Below are positions 19,018 to 27,700 of a DNA stretch of 64,000 bases, in pieces (position 1 is the stretch's first letter; each line of letters starts with the position of its first letter). The DNA is from a phage. The translations under genes and the position numbers were made by a program. Under the pieces are notes generated by a model. That model made no database searches and was not told the origin of the DNA. It was given only the letters and a program-made list of their open reading frames with translations. The stretch is from sequence record PX880100.1; one strand, 5' to 3'.

Positions 19018-19335
19018 ATGACTTTTCATATTTTGATTGATGATGTGCGTAATCTTCACGGAATGGACATTATCATTCGAACCCCAGAAGCCGCTGTAGA
19101 GTTTCTGAATAAAACTGATACCACCGGCCATTTCGTTTATATGGATAATGACTTGGCTGTAGATGGTATGGAAGGTTATCAAATTCTTCGTTTACTCTTA
19201 GAATTTGGGCAGAGACCAAAGAAAGTGGTACTAGTAACCTCGAACCCAGTAGCTAAGCAAAATATGCGTAATGATTTGCTTGACTTAGGGTATAAAGAAA
19301 ATCCCAATCGTGTTGAATATGATTGGCAGGAGTAA
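19018..19335 (+). CDS. hypothetical protein
   Basis: ORF track after promoter cassette. Confidence 0.45.
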   Translation: MTFHILIDDVRNLHGMDIIIRTPEAAVEFLNKTDTTGHFVYMDNDLAVDGMEGYQILRLLLEFGQRPKKVVLVTSNPVAKQNMRNDLLDLGYKENPNRVEYDWQE

Positions 19336-19790
19336 AAAGAATGAAGGCAGCTTTGCTTTTAGTAGCTGCCCTTACCTTCAGCTTTAGTAGTCAGGCATCG
19401 CACGATGCAAAAGAAATAGATTGCATTGCTAAAAATATCTATTTCGAAAGTCGTGGTGAGGGCATAAAGGGAATGACGGCGATTGCACATGTTACTAAAA
19501 ACCGTGTAAACTCCGGTAAATTCCCAGATTCCTACTGTAAAGTAGTATATCAGTCTAACCAGTTCTCTTGGGTATCTAAGAGACCAAAAGTTGATAAAAC
19601 TGATGAGGCTTGGCAAACCGCTAAGAATTTAGCTAGAGTGATATACTACGTTGATTTACCACAAGATCCTACATATGGAGCACTTTACTTCCATAGTGGT
19701 AAAGATAAACCTTACTGGACAAAGAAGTTTAAGAAAACAACTAAGATTAAGGGACATACGTTTTATAAACCTGTTGTCACTAAAACTTAA
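19323..19790 (+). CDS. SleB-like cell-wall hydrolase with signal peptide
   Basis: N-terminal signal sequence; Hydrolase_2-like NIYFESRGEG and KFPDSYCKVVYQ..QFSW. Confidence 0.6.
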   Translation: MAGVKRMKAALLLVAALTFSFSSQASHDAKEIDCIAKNIYFESRGEGIKGMTAIAHVTKNRVNSGKFPDSYCKVVYQSNQFSWVSKRPKVDKTDEAWQTAKNLARVIYYVDLPQDPTYGALYFHSGKDKPYWTKKFKKTTKIKGHTFYKPVVTKT

Positions 19791-19858
19791 AAATTTACTT
19801 GCTTAAATACTTAAATTTCCGTATAATACTTCCATAAATTAATGAGAGGAAGCGAAAT

Positions 19859-20029
19859 ATGAAATCAGTTGTAATTATTGGTGTTAACACTCGCGGTATT
19901 CGTACTACGAAAACTGTTAAAACTTCCAACGTTGCTGAGATCACTACGAACCCTAAAAAGTTTGATTTCGCCAAAGTCTCAGCAGTTATGACAGAACAAT
20001 CTTTTAACCAAGCGTTAGGAATGAAATAA
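19859..20029 (+). CDS. hypothetical small protein (56 aa)
   Basis: Hand-translated; below track cutoff; promoter cassette and GAGAGGAAG upstream; stop overlaps next ATG. Confidence 0.45.
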   Translation: MKSVVIIGVNTRGIRTTKTVKTSNVAEITTNPKKFDFAKVSAVMTEQSFNQALGMK

Positions 20030-20472
20030 TGGAAGAGAATATTTTAGATGTTTTGCGTAGAGCTTTGCAGGATTCTAAGTTTAATGGTTCTGATAAAGAA
20101 GTCGCTAAAAGCTATCAGACCATAATCGGGGATCTTCAGCGTATTGATAAAGATTTCATCACTTCTGAACAATTTGTGTCTTATCTCAAAGCTCAACTAA
20201 AAAGCATTAACCAGATGAAAGCTAAACTTCATGGTCAAGATCTTGATAGTTATAGCTTGCAGTCCGCTCAGTATGAATACATTCTAAATAAGTGGTTGCA
20301 GGAGTATCTGCCTCCTCAGTTATCTGATACTGAGATTCGTAAATACTTTGCAGAATTAGTTAAGCTAAACCCTGGAATTACAAAAGGTATGCTGATGAAA
20401 GCGATTAAGGAAGAATTTCCTGGGCGTTATGATGGTGGTACTGCTGCTCAGATTGCTGGCGAATTTAATTAA
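20029..20472 (+). CDS. GatB/YqeY-domain protein
   Basis: C-terminal EYLPPQLSDTEIR...GMLMKAIKEEFPGRYDGG resembles YqeY family. Confidence 0.55.
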   Translation: MEENILDVLRRALQDSKFNGSDKEVAKSYQTIIGDLQRIDKDFITSEQFVSYLKAQLKSINQMKAKLHGQDLDSYSLQSAQYEYILNKWLQEYLPPQLSDTEIRKYFAELVKLNPGITKGMLMKAIKEEFPGRYDGGTAAQIAGEFN

Positions 20473-20480
20473 AAATTTAT

Positions 20481-20509
20481 TTGCTAAATGCTTATAAATT
20501 CTGTATAAT
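20481..20509 (+). promoter_or_regulatory. N25-like early promoter driving an ORF-free RNA region
   Basis: TTGCTA-17 bp-TATAAT; no ORF for about 0.8 kb downstream. Confidence 0.6.
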
Positions 20510-20732
20510 ATATTCATAAATTAGAGAACAGCGAGCCGATTACGCTGAGTGCAGAATCCCAACCGGAGCGCATTGAATAGAGTCGGTGGGTTAGTTGTAA
20601 AACTAGTACACAGGGGGCGGCAATCCCGGTTAGTGGCTAGAACGTGTAAAATGAGGCGTCTGAAACCTCTCCCCTAAACTCTTCTCTAATTTATAAATAG
20701 TGGGGTGTGGAAATCACTTATGTAGTAACACT

Positions 20733-20804
20733 GCCGTCCTAGTATAATTGGTATTATCAAGCCGTAACTGGTGGAAGATGTAGGTTCGAATCCTACGGTC
20801 GGTA
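20733..20804 (+). ncRNA. tRNA-like element (canonical T-arm, anticodon arm unresolved)
   Basis: GTAGG-TTCGAAT-CCTAC T-arm and 6/7 acceptor pairing; no clean anticodon stem. Confidence 0.3.
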
Positions 20805-21306
20805 AGAACTGGATAACTGATGCTTTTAACGTAAAAGCTTCCGAGGTTAGTTGCGCACTGCCTAAACCACGCGGTAGTTGGTTCCAGACTAACCAACCAG
20901 TCTGCTGAATAGTTTTATTACGATTTAACTATGTCCAGGCTAAAGAAGAACTTTAGAAGGTATTCTAGGATAGTGAAGTTCTTTCTCCACATCGGAGTAG
21001 TTTTTCAAGCTATCCACAAAGTGGGAAATGCTGACATGAGAGATGTCACTAATGGTGCACAATAGCACAGGTAATTCGCGATAATTCCTGTTGAGTAGCA
21101 GCAAAAGGCGGGAAGTCATGACCCCAAGCCTAACCGAGTCCTCAATATACCGCAGGACATAACCACTAAGTCACCCTGACTTAAACTGGAAAATAATAGA
21201 CGTTACTGTATTTTGTCTTGAAATACTTAATGAGTGAGACTTATGACTCTCCCGGTATCGTCTGTATTTTTAAGAGTTTTTACGAGAGTTCTTAAAAATA
21301 CTTAAA

Positions 21307-21381
21307 CGGGGTGTAGTCTAAGGGAGAGGCAGGAGTCTTCTAAATTCCTTTATGCAGGTTCGAATCCTGTCACCTCGGCCA
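21307..21381 (+). tRNA. tRNA-Arg (anticodon UCU)
   Basis: Hand-folded cloverleaf; T-loop TTCGAAT; encoded CCA. Confidence 0.65.
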
Positions 21382-21415
21382 ATTTTATTAACTGTAACTA
21401 AAACAAAGGAAATAT

Positions 21416-22363
21416 ATGTTTAATACTAAAAATATGAAAGAACTGACTTCTGAGCAGAAAGTAATTCGTACTATTAAACGTTGGGGGATTGGTGCTGTAG
21501 TTGGTTTAGCAGGTTTAGTTCTAGCTCTTAACTCCTATACCGTTGTTCAAGACGGTACTGTTAAGACCCAGACTTTCTTGGGTAAAGTTGATCCTAATCC
21601 AGTATTACCTGGTTTCCATGTTGTAAATCCTTTTGCTTCTTTTGATACTTTTAGTACTAAAGATATTGCTCTAAAATTAGATAAACTTCAGGTTCCTAGT
21701 CAGGATAAGTTTAAATCCACTGTTGACCTGACTGTTATGTTGCAGTTTGATGGTTCTAAAGCACCGATTAACCGTATTAATGCAGGTAATCAGGATCAAG
21801 CGTTAGACAAATATGTAACTGAAAAATTACTGTCTACTATTCGTGAGTTTGGTAAGTCTGTACCTAAAGCACAAGATTTATTTGATGCTAAAATTCAGGC
21901 TCAATTGCAAACTGCAATTCAACAGGAAGTTGAAGAGTATGCACGCCCATATGGTTACACAGTTAAGCAGGTGTTCCTTCAGGATATTACTTTGCCACCG
22001 GTAATCATGGAACAGGTACAGAATACCAAAGTTCGTGAAGAACAGGTTAATGCTGCTAAAGCTGAATTAGCTCGTGTTGAACAGGAAGCACAGCAAAAAG
22101 TTAAACAAGCAGAAGCAGATCGTGAAGCTCGCAACAACCAAGCTATTGCTAATGAACGTGACGCAGATGCTAAACTGTACGCAGCTAAGAAAGAAGCTGA
22201 AGCTAACGCCGCATTGCAACGTACCATTACTCCTGAGATGATTCGCTGGAAGCAACTGGAAGTTGAAATGATCCGTGCTCAGAAGTATCAAGGTGGTGTA
22301 CCACAGACGGTAGTTGGTACTGGTTATGATGGCCAAATGATCATGGATATGCGTAATAAATAA
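21416..22363 (+). CDS. SPFH/band-7 domain membrane protein (prohibitin/HflC-like)
   Basis: N-terminal TM helix; SPFH-like core; long coiled-coil C-terminus. Confidence 0.6.
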   Translation: MFNTKNMKELTSEQKVIRTIKRWGIGAVVGLAGLVLALNSYTVVQDGTVKTQTFLGKVDPNPVLPGFHVVNPFASFDTFSTKDIALKLDKLQVPSQDKFKSTVDLTVMLQFDGSKAPINRINAGNQDQALDKYVTEKLLSTIREFGKSVPKAQDLFDAKIQAQLQTAIQQEVEEYARPYGYTVKQVFLQDITLPPVIMEQVQNTKVREEQVNAAKAELARVEQEAQQKVKQAEADREARNNQAIANERDADAKLYAAKKEAEANAALQRTITPEMIRWKQLEVEMIRAQKYQGGVPQTVVGTGYDGQMIMDMRNK

Positions 22364-22387
22364 TACCCGCATGTAACATCTGAAGTA

Positions 22388-22421
22388 AGCCCTGCGTTTC
22401 CTGGAGAGCGCAGGGCTTTTC
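22388..22421 (+). terminator. Rho-independent terminator
   Basis: AAGCCCTGCG...CGCAGGGCTT hairpin then TTTT. Confidence 0.6.
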
Positions 22422-22459
22422 TATATAATGTAATTATAAAACTAACTAGGAGATTAAAC

Positions 22460-22978
22460 ATGGGTGTTGATGAATTAACACAGCATCTTCTATCTAGAGG
22501 ATTTGATGCAGATAAATATCATTGCTGGTTAAGTCCGGAAGGATGGCTAACAGTCCCGTTGTATGATTTCTCTGGGATGTTGAGGGGCTATCAAACTTAT
22601 AATCCTTCTGCTCCAAAAGGTCATGGTAAGTATCCCTTTGAAGCTAAATATTTTACCTATTCTACTACCCAGTGTGTATGGGGATTAGAAACTCTCAATG
22701 GAGATGAAAAAGTAGTATTGATCGCTGAATCTGTATTTAAGGCAGTTGCGTTACATAACGCTGGTTATCCAGCCCTAGCAATGTTGGGTTCTTCTCCAGG
22801 AAAAGCGTTATTAAAGCAACTGAAATTATTACCTTTTAAATTGGTAGCTGTCGGGGATAACGATCCTGCGGGTGAAAAATTTGCTAGAAAATTAAACGGC
22901 TTTGTTTCTCCTGTAGATGTGGATGAGATGTCTACCGAAAACTTGAAAAATTTTCTTGCTATGAAGCTAAATTTCTAA
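22460..22978 (+). CDS. hypothetical protein, possible Toprim-like fold
   Basis: IAES and GDNDPAG acidic motifs resemble Toprim. Confidence 0.4.
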   Translation: MGVDELTQHLLSRGFDADKYHCWLSPEGWLTVPLYDFSGMLRGYQTYNPSAPKGHGKYPFEAKYFTYSTTQCVWGLETLNGDEKVVLIAESVFKAVALHNAGYPALAMLGSSPGKALLKQLKLLPFKLVAVGDNDPAGEKFARKLNGFVSPVDVDEMSTENLKNFLAMKLNF

Positions 22979-22999
22979 TATAATATATCTTATAAATTC

Positions 23000-23088
23000 G
23001 GAAGAATAGCATAACGGTATTGCAGCAGATTGCTAATCTGTCGGTTTGAAATATAGCCTTGTGGGTTCGATTCCCACTTCTTCCGCCA
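23000..23088 (+). tRNA. tRNA-Ser (anticodon GCU), long variable arm
   Basis: Perfect acceptor stem; T-arm GTGGG-TTCGATT-CCCAC; encoded CCA. Confidence 0.7.
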
Positions 23089-23094
23089 AATTCT

Positions 23095-23172
23095 GGTTCT
23101 CAAGCTCATATGGTATGAGCACCCAGCTCATAACTGGAAGGTACGTAGGTTCGAATCCTCGGGGAGCCACCA
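23095..23172 (+). tRNA. tRNA with CAU anticodon (Met/fMet/Ile2)
   Basis: Acceptor GGTTCTC/GGGAGCC; anticodon loop CTCATAA; weak T-stem. Confidence 0.5.
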
Positions 23173-23390
23173 ACTTAATTAGGGGATTACAAGTGGAATT
23201 ATACATAGTTTATGTTGTGTTTATTCAAGATAGAGAATACCCTGATGAATATAAAAAAGGATATAGGTTAGCCAGAGCTACCTCTGAAGTCCAAGCTATG
23301 GATAAAGTGGCAGATTATATGATTACGGTAGAAAACGTACACTATATCGACTACCTTGAGGCCTCAAAAGTAATTGACTAAGGAGACTAT

Positions 23391-23576
23391 ATGTCCAAGT
23401 TTCAAGAACTCAAGCAAGAGCTAGAAGAATGTGCCTGCCCTGAGTGTAGGGGAATTGGTGAAAGTTCTGATGCAGAAGCAGGAGATACTTTTTGCAATAT
23501 CTGGGTTTGCCCAAATTGCAATGGTACAGGTATTAATCCTAACTGTGGTATTTCTCTAGATATTGAAAGAGGGTAA
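23391..23576 (+). CDS. small zinc-ribbon protein
   Basis: CPECRG...CPNCNG paired CxxC. Confidence 0.45.
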   Translation: MSKFQELKQELEECACPECRGIGESSDAEAGDTFCNIWVCPNCNGTGINPNCGISLDIERG

Positions 23577-23677
23577 TATCTGTGAAACTAAAAGATTATT
23601 ATATTGGTTGGTTTGTGGGACTAGTAGTAGGATTTTCACTAGGCTATAATATGTATCAACTAATAAACTGATTACAC

Positions 23678-23754
23678 GGGGGTGTAATCGAATTGGCATA
23701 GGTACTGGACTTAAAATTCAGGTTTTGTGGGTTCGAATCCCACCACCCCTACCA
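23678..23754 (+). tRNA. tRNA, anticodon UAA (Leu-type) with short variable arm
   Basis: Acceptor GGGGGTG/CACCCCT; T-arm GTGGG-TTCGAAT-CCCAC; loop CTTAAAA. Confidence 0.5.
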
Positions 23755-23769
23755 AATTAAGGAAATAAG

Positions 23770-23937
23770 ATGTATAGACCTCCACCTCCGCCAACACGTC
23801 GTTCTAGAGAAGTTATCCTCATGGAATTGACTAAAAACTTCAAGGCAACTCTTGAAGATAGAGATTTAGGCACGGATGAAGACATTGATTTTATTTGTAG
23901 ACTATTAAAGATGAAACTGGAGAAACAACATGGCTAA
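23770..23937 (+). CDS. hypothetical small proline-rich protein (55 aa)
   Basis: Hand-translated; AAGGAAA upstream; stop overlaps next ATG. Confidence 0.4.
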   Translation: MYRPPPPPTRRSREVILMELTKNFKATLEDRDLGTDEDIDFICRLLKMKLEKQHG

Positions 23938-24136
23938 TCCTGAAATTACCGCACAACGTTTCATGCTTAAAGGCATGATTGCTGAAGCAGGTATGACTCA
24001 AGAGGTTGCAGACTTTCATAAGCAAATTCTTGATATTATAACTCTAGCTAAAGAGACTGGAGAAAAAGAGCACGCAGCAGCAATTATGGCTATATCTCTT
24101 ATTAGTCTAGACTTGGCTGAAGAATCTGGAGTTTAG
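23930..24136 (+). CDS. hypothetical protein
   Basis: ORF track. Confidence 0.4.
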   Translation: MANPEITAQRFMLKGMIAEAGMTQEVADFHKQILDIITLAKETGEKEHAAAIMAISLISLDLAEESGV

Positions 24137-24226
24137 CTCCTCCAAATAGAATTTTTAAAAATGTACTTGCCTTTTGCTTTAAATTTCTGATATAATAGTT
24201 ATATAAATTGATGAAGGAGTTAACTA

Positions 24227-24502
24227 ATGCAAAATCGTGTTATAGCAACTGGTATTGAAAGTGCAATCTGTAAATCCTGGGAAGGCTGGGAAGGTGAGAT
24301 TGAATGGCTTTATTTCTATGATGTAGAACTTCTGCCGGAAGTTAAAGCTAAATGTGTTGAAGCTGGAATGGCTCCAGATGCAAAAGCTGATATTGATATT
24401 TCAATGTCTGAACTTAAAGGCCGTGTAATTACTGTTAGTGATGAGGGTGAAGAAGTTTTCGAACTTCCATTCTCCTTAACTGTCACTCCTAAGTTCGACT
24501 AA
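24227..24502 (+). CDS. hypothetical protein
   Basis: ORF track; promoter cassette and AAGGAG upstream. Confidence 0.45.
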   Translation: MQNRVIATGIESAICKSWEGWEGEIEWLYFYDVELLPEVKAKCVEAGMAPDAKADIDISMSELKGRVITVSDEGEEVFELPFSLTVTPKFD

Positions 24503-24584
24503 CTAATACAGCACTGAGCAAGTTCTTTAAAATTTGACTTGCTCAGTGCCTTAAAACTTGGTATAATAGTTATCTAATTTGGAA

Positions 24585-24634
24585 ACATATTTAAAAGTGT
24601 TTAAACTAGTATTTGAATACTTTTAAATATGTTG
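24585..24634. repeat. perfect palindrome, 15-bp arms (AACATATTTAAAAGT / ACTTTTAAATATGTT)
   Basis: Read directly; between promoter and tRNA-Tyr. Confidence 0.8.
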
Positions 24635-24735
24635 GATTAGTATCGTAGAGGTAGCGAAGCAGACTGTAAATCTGCCGACTCGGAAGGGTCTCGGGTGGTT
24701 CGACTCCATCATCCATCATCCATCATCCAACACCA
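24631..24735 (+). tRNA. tRNA-Tyr (anticodon GUA) with 14-nt heptamer expansion before the 3' acceptor strand
   Basis: Anticodon stem GCAGA/TCTGC; T-arm GGTGG-TTCGACT-CCATC; ATCCATC x2 inserted before ATCCAAC-A-CCA. Confidence 0.5.
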
Positions 24736-24742
24736 AATTTAA

Positions 24743-24819
24743 GTCCTGTTAGACAAACTGGTAAAGTCACTACCCTTTCAAGGTAGGATTTGCGGGTTCG
24801 ATCCCCGCACAGGACGCCA
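24743..24819 (+). tRNA. tRNA-Glu (anticodon UUC)
   Basis: Perfect acceptor and anticodon stems; T-arm GCGGG-TTCGATC-CCCGC; CCA. Confidence 0.7.
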
Positions 24820-24827
24820 ATTTCTGC

Positions 24828-24904
24828 ATTCCTAGAGTGTTACTGGACAGCATGTCGGTCTCCAAAATCGTACGGTCTAGGTTCGAGTCCTAGTAGGTTT
24901 GCCA
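24828..24904 (+). tRNA. tRNA-Trp (anticodon CCA)
   Basis: T-arm CTAGG-TTCGAGT-CCTAG; loop CTCCAAA; acceptor has two U-U mismatches. Confidence 0.5.
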
Positions 24905-24910
24905 AAATTT

Positions 24911-24985
24911 GCACCTTTAGCTGAGATGGATTAGCGCTTGCCTGAAGAGCTTGAGAGGTTCGTTCGATACGAACAGGGTGCACCA
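24911..24985 (+). tRNA. tRNA-Phe (anticodon GAA)
   Basis: Acceptor GCACCTT/AGGGTGC; T-arm GTTCG-TTCGATA-CGAAC; anticodon stem imperfect. Confidence 0.5.
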
Positions 24986-25002
24986 AATTGAGGGGGCTGC
25001 TG

Positions 25003-25275
25003 ATGCATCCTGAAAACTTCTTTATTTACTGCGCTGATAAGTCGCTGAAACGTAGAATTAACAAAGTCTATCATTATCGTGCTAGTCAACAGCCTTATGT
25101 ATATGCTTTTGACGGTGATCACATTCCATTAGAACAATTATCTTGTGATTACATGATATTGAAGAACTTTGACGAGACAAAGATCTCAAGCGTTCATAAT
25201 CGACAGAATCCCTTAACGTGGAAATATAAGAAGAAAAAGAAAGGCATCAAATTCTTAAAAAATGTAGTTGCTTAG
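25003..25275 (+). CDS. hypothetical protein
   Basis: Track ORF trimmed to first ATG after GAGGGGG, clear of tRNA-Phe. Confidence 0.4.
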   Translation: MHPENFFIYCADKSLKRRINKVYHYRASQQPYVYAFDGDHIPLEQLSCDYMILKNFDETKISSVHNRQNPLTWKYKKKKKGIKFLKNVVA

Positions 25276-25307
25276 TTTCCAAAAGTTCTGTATAATAATT
25301 ACATAAA

Positions 25308-25550
25308 TTGAACTGGAGAAGCAACATGACAGAACAAGAATTGAATGAACGTAAGCTGGTAATGCTCCGCTTACTAAACATTTTCTCTGGTATGGATGGG
25401 GGTATTGACTTTGTTCATCTACGTTCTTTTGTAGAAGAAGCAGAAGGTGAATCTATCACTAAAATCCTTAAACATATGGGTTTACTATTAGATGCTGCTG
25501 GTGTAGCAACGGAATATAACCTCGAAGATCTACCGGAGCGTATTAAATGA
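25308..25550 (+). CDS. hypothetical protein
   Basis: ORF track; promoter cassette and GGAGAAG upstream. Confidence 0.45.
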   Translation: MNWRSNMTEQELNERKLVMLRLLNIFSGMDGGIDFVHLRSFVEEAEGESITKILKHMGLLLDAAGVATEYNLEDLPERIK

Positions 25551-25735
25551 AGAAGCCAAAAGCTAAATTAGTTAAGTTCGACTGTTGTGACACAGAAATC
25601 TTATTCACTAAGTTTGGTGAATTTAAGATGTGTGAATGTGGAACATGTGGTTATGATCATGGTGATGGATATTATTGCAGGACTCTTGGACCAGCAAATC
25701 TAATCCACTTTTCATGGCCGGAAGATAAAGAATAA
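25547..25735 (+). CDS. small Cys-rich protein
   Basis: CC..., CECGTCGYDHGDGYYC; overlapping start. Confidence 0.4.
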   Translation: MKKPKAKLVKFDCCDTEILFTKFGEFKMCECGTCGYDHGDGYYCRTLGPANLIHFSWPEDKE

Positions 25736-25737
25736 TT

Positions 25738-25812
25738 GCATCCTTGTCCGAGTGGCTTAGGTGACGGTCTGCAAAATCGTCTAGGTTGGTTCAATTCCAG
25801 CAGGGTGCTCCA
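25738..25812 (+). tRNA. tRNA-Cys (anticodon GCA)
   Basis: Acceptor GCATCCT/AGGGTGC; loop CTGCAAA; T-arm GTTGG-TTCAATT-CCAGC; weak D-stem. Confidence 0.55.
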
Positions 25813-25818
25813 AATTCA

Positions 25819-25901
25819 GGGTCGTTAGCCAAGCGGTTTGGCGGTGGACTGTTAATCCATGTCGAAAGACAACGTAGGTTCGAATCCTACACGGCCCGCC
25901 A
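25819..25901 (+). tRNA. tRNA, anticodon GUU (Asn-type) with 13-nt variable arm
   Basis: Good D-stem and anticodon stem; T-arm GTAGG-TTCGAAT-CCTAC; CCA. Confidence 0.55.
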
Positions 25902-26003
25902 AATTCTGTGTAGAGTTAAGTAAACCGGTAGCCAACCAGCTATCATTGCTGACATCGAATTCAGCCACAGATACCATTTTCATTAATAACTGAGGAAACA
26001 AGC

Positions 26004-26189
26004 ATGTCCAAGAATGTAATTGCGCAGCTAGAAGTTCATCGTGATAGCACTATCAACAATATTGAAGTTGAGAAGAAATACATCGAAGAACTTAAACATG
26101 ATATACTAGTAAGTCTCAACCGTCTTAATGTACGAAAAGAGTTTCTTAAAGAACTTAATGCAGCTATTGAAAAACTCAAAGCTGAGTAA
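26004..26189 (+). CDS. hypothetical protein
   Basis: ORF track; GAGGAAA upstream. Confidence 0.4.
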   Translation: MSKNVIAQLEVHRDSTINNIEVEKKYIEELKHDILVSLNRLNVRKEFLKELNAAIEKLKAE

Positions 26190-26198
26190 ATGAATTAT

Positions 26199-26275
26199 GC
26201 GACCGGGGCTGGCTTGGTAATGGTACTCCCCTGTCACGGGAGGGAATGTGGGTTCAAATCCCATCGGTCGCGCCA
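26199..26275 (+). tRNA. tRNA-Asp (anticodon GUC)
   Basis: Perfect acceptor and anticodon stems; T-loop TTCAAAT; CCA. Confidence 0.7.
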
Positions 26276-26292
26276 AATAAGGTAGGTTAGCT

Positions 26293-26451
26293 ATGGAACG
26301 TAGAGAGTTTACTCCAGAAGAGATAGAGCAGATAAAAGAATCTGCTACGAAAAATGCTAGAATATCTCTGTCACTAGAAGGTATCATTATTAGTGATGTA
26401 AACTTTGAAAAAATCAAAGCCATAGCTGATGAACTGGAAAAAGTAATTTAA
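26293..26451 (+). CDS. hypothetical small protein (52 aa)
   Basis: Hand-translated between tRNA-Asp and tRNA-Lys. Confidence 0.35.
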   Translation: MERREFTPEEIEQIKESATKNARISLSLEGIIISDVNFEKIKAIADELEKVI

Positions 26452-26452
26452 T

Positions 26453-26528
26453 ACATCCATAGCTCAATGGTTAGAGCTACCGCCTCTTAAGCGGAGGGTT
26501 CTAGGTTCAAGTCCTAGTGGGTGTACCA
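26453..26528 (+). tRNA. tRNA-Lys (anticodon CUU)
   Basis: Canonical D-arm TAGCTCAATGGTTAGAGC; T-arm CTAGG-TTCAAGT-CCTAG; CCA. Confidence 0.7.
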
Positions 26529-26554
26529 AACTAAACTAGCACGAGAAATATACT

Positions 26555-26902
26555 ATGCGTAATGCTAAAGAAGAGTTGTTACTTGCCTTAAAAAATACTA
26601 ATTCTGAAGTTAAGTGTATTAAAATAGAATTCGGGTATTATGGGGACAAAAAAGTTTGGGTATTACCTCTGGGGTATACAGAAGAAGATATTGGGGATTT
26701 TCTTAATAACCTAGACTTTGAGTATGATTCTGGTTATGGTGGACAACTACTTTATGGTAATGTATGGTTTGCCGATGGAACCTGGCTAGAACGTGGGGAA
26801 TATGATGGAGCTGAGTGGTGGGAATACAAGGCTACTCCAGCAATTCCAGAGGAATGCCGAACAATTAATGGTGAAGTAGATAATACTTTAAGGTTAAACT
26901 AA
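26555..26902 (+). CDS. hypothetical protein
   Basis: ORF track. Confidence 0.45.
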   Translation: MRNAKEELLLALKNTNSEVKCIKIEFGYYGDKKVWVLPLGYTEEDIGDFLNNLDFEYDSGYGGQLLYGNVWFADGTWLERGEYDGAEWWEYKATPAIPEECRTINGEVDNTLRLN

Positions 26903-27295
26903 TAAAATTTCAGTGCAGAACACGGAGCTAGCAATTCGGAAGTGCTGACTCATGATAAGCTGCCTATGTACTTGCAAAGCGGTCGTGTCCAAGACTCGGA
27001 CTCTTGCACTGAAAACAATCAAACATTCTAGCGTGGTTGATGGGGAAACCAGCTTGGCTAGGGCAGAAGCTCGTTCGATTCGAGTGAAAGAATGGTTCTC
27101 GTAAGTCCGCACAAGTGATAATAGGTTCGAGTCCTGTCTAGAATGACACTATAAAGTTTACTTATTATGTAGGTTCCGATAGATCGGCGGGTCTATTCTG
27201 GCATTTAAGAGAGGTCTCGCAAACTTCTTTGTCAGCCGTGGGGTTGGTAGCCTCCAGGTGGCCTACACAATAAGTAAATTTATTAAAAATTCATT

Positions 27296-27324
27296 TGCTA
27301 TTTCTCTTAATTATCTGTATAATA
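27296..27324 (+). promoter_or_regulatory. N25-like early promoter driving tRNA-Pro/tRNA-CAU
   Basis: TTGCTA-17 bp-TATAAT; followed by SD plus ATG with only 3 codons, then tRNAs. Confidence 0.6.
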
Positions 27325-27518
27325 TATTTTATAAAGTGAAGAGAAGGAAAGCAAAATGAAACACAAGATAGCTCAAGTTTTTATGGCATTATGGTGTATG
27401 CCAATAGCTATAACAGCATTTAATCTAGATACTTTTACTATAGAAGAAAAATGTATCGGATTAGTTAGTGGCTTTAGTATGCTTGGCTTATCTTTGTTGT
27501 GGTTGAAGAAATAATATT

Positions 27519-27596
27519 CTCCGTGTAGCTCAGTTTGGCCAGAGCGTTTCGTTTGGGGCGATAGGGTCGGGGGTTCAAATCCTCCCACGGAGACCA
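27519..27596 (+). tRNA. tRNA-Pro (anticodon UGG)
   Basis: Acceptor CTCCGTG/CACGGAG; D-arm GCTC...GAGC; T-loop TTCAAAT; CCA. Confidence 0.6.
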
Positions 27597-27602
27597 AACA
27601 AT

Positions 27603-27680
27603 TGCGGGTTAGATCTCTGGTAGAGATCGCTAGTCTCATAAGCTAGAAAGAGGTAGGTTCGATTCCTGCACCCGCTTCCA
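27603..27680 (+). tRNA. tRNA with CAU anticodon (Met/fMet/Ile2)
   Basis: D-stem GATC/GATC; anticodon stem CTAGT/GCTAG; T-loop TTCGATT; CCA. Confidence 0.6.
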
Positions 27681-27700
27681 TTTTAATAGAGGATTTCGAA

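Noticed and set aside
20714-20896. 60-aa minus-strand ORF
   Set aside because: Lies over tRNA-like sequence in a promoter-driven plus-strand RNA region; no RBS.
23046-23381. 111-aa plus-strand ORF
   Set aside because: The N-terminal two-thirds overlap tRNA-Ser and tRNA-CAU on the same strand; at most a short ORF downstream of 23190 could be real and was not annotated.
26106-26423. 105-aa minus-strand ORF
   Set aside because: Runs antisense across tRNA-Asp; contains the GFEPT-type peptide typical of tRNA-antisense artefacts.
27357-27514. Small ORF after the promoter cassette
   Set aside because: The cassette ATG at 27357 gives only MNTR-stop; the alternative in-frame ATG at 27383 has no RBS. 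Treated as vestigial.
27373-27639. 88-aa minus-strand ORF
   Set aside because: Antisense to tRNA-Pro and tRNA-CAU (GGFEPPT peptide).
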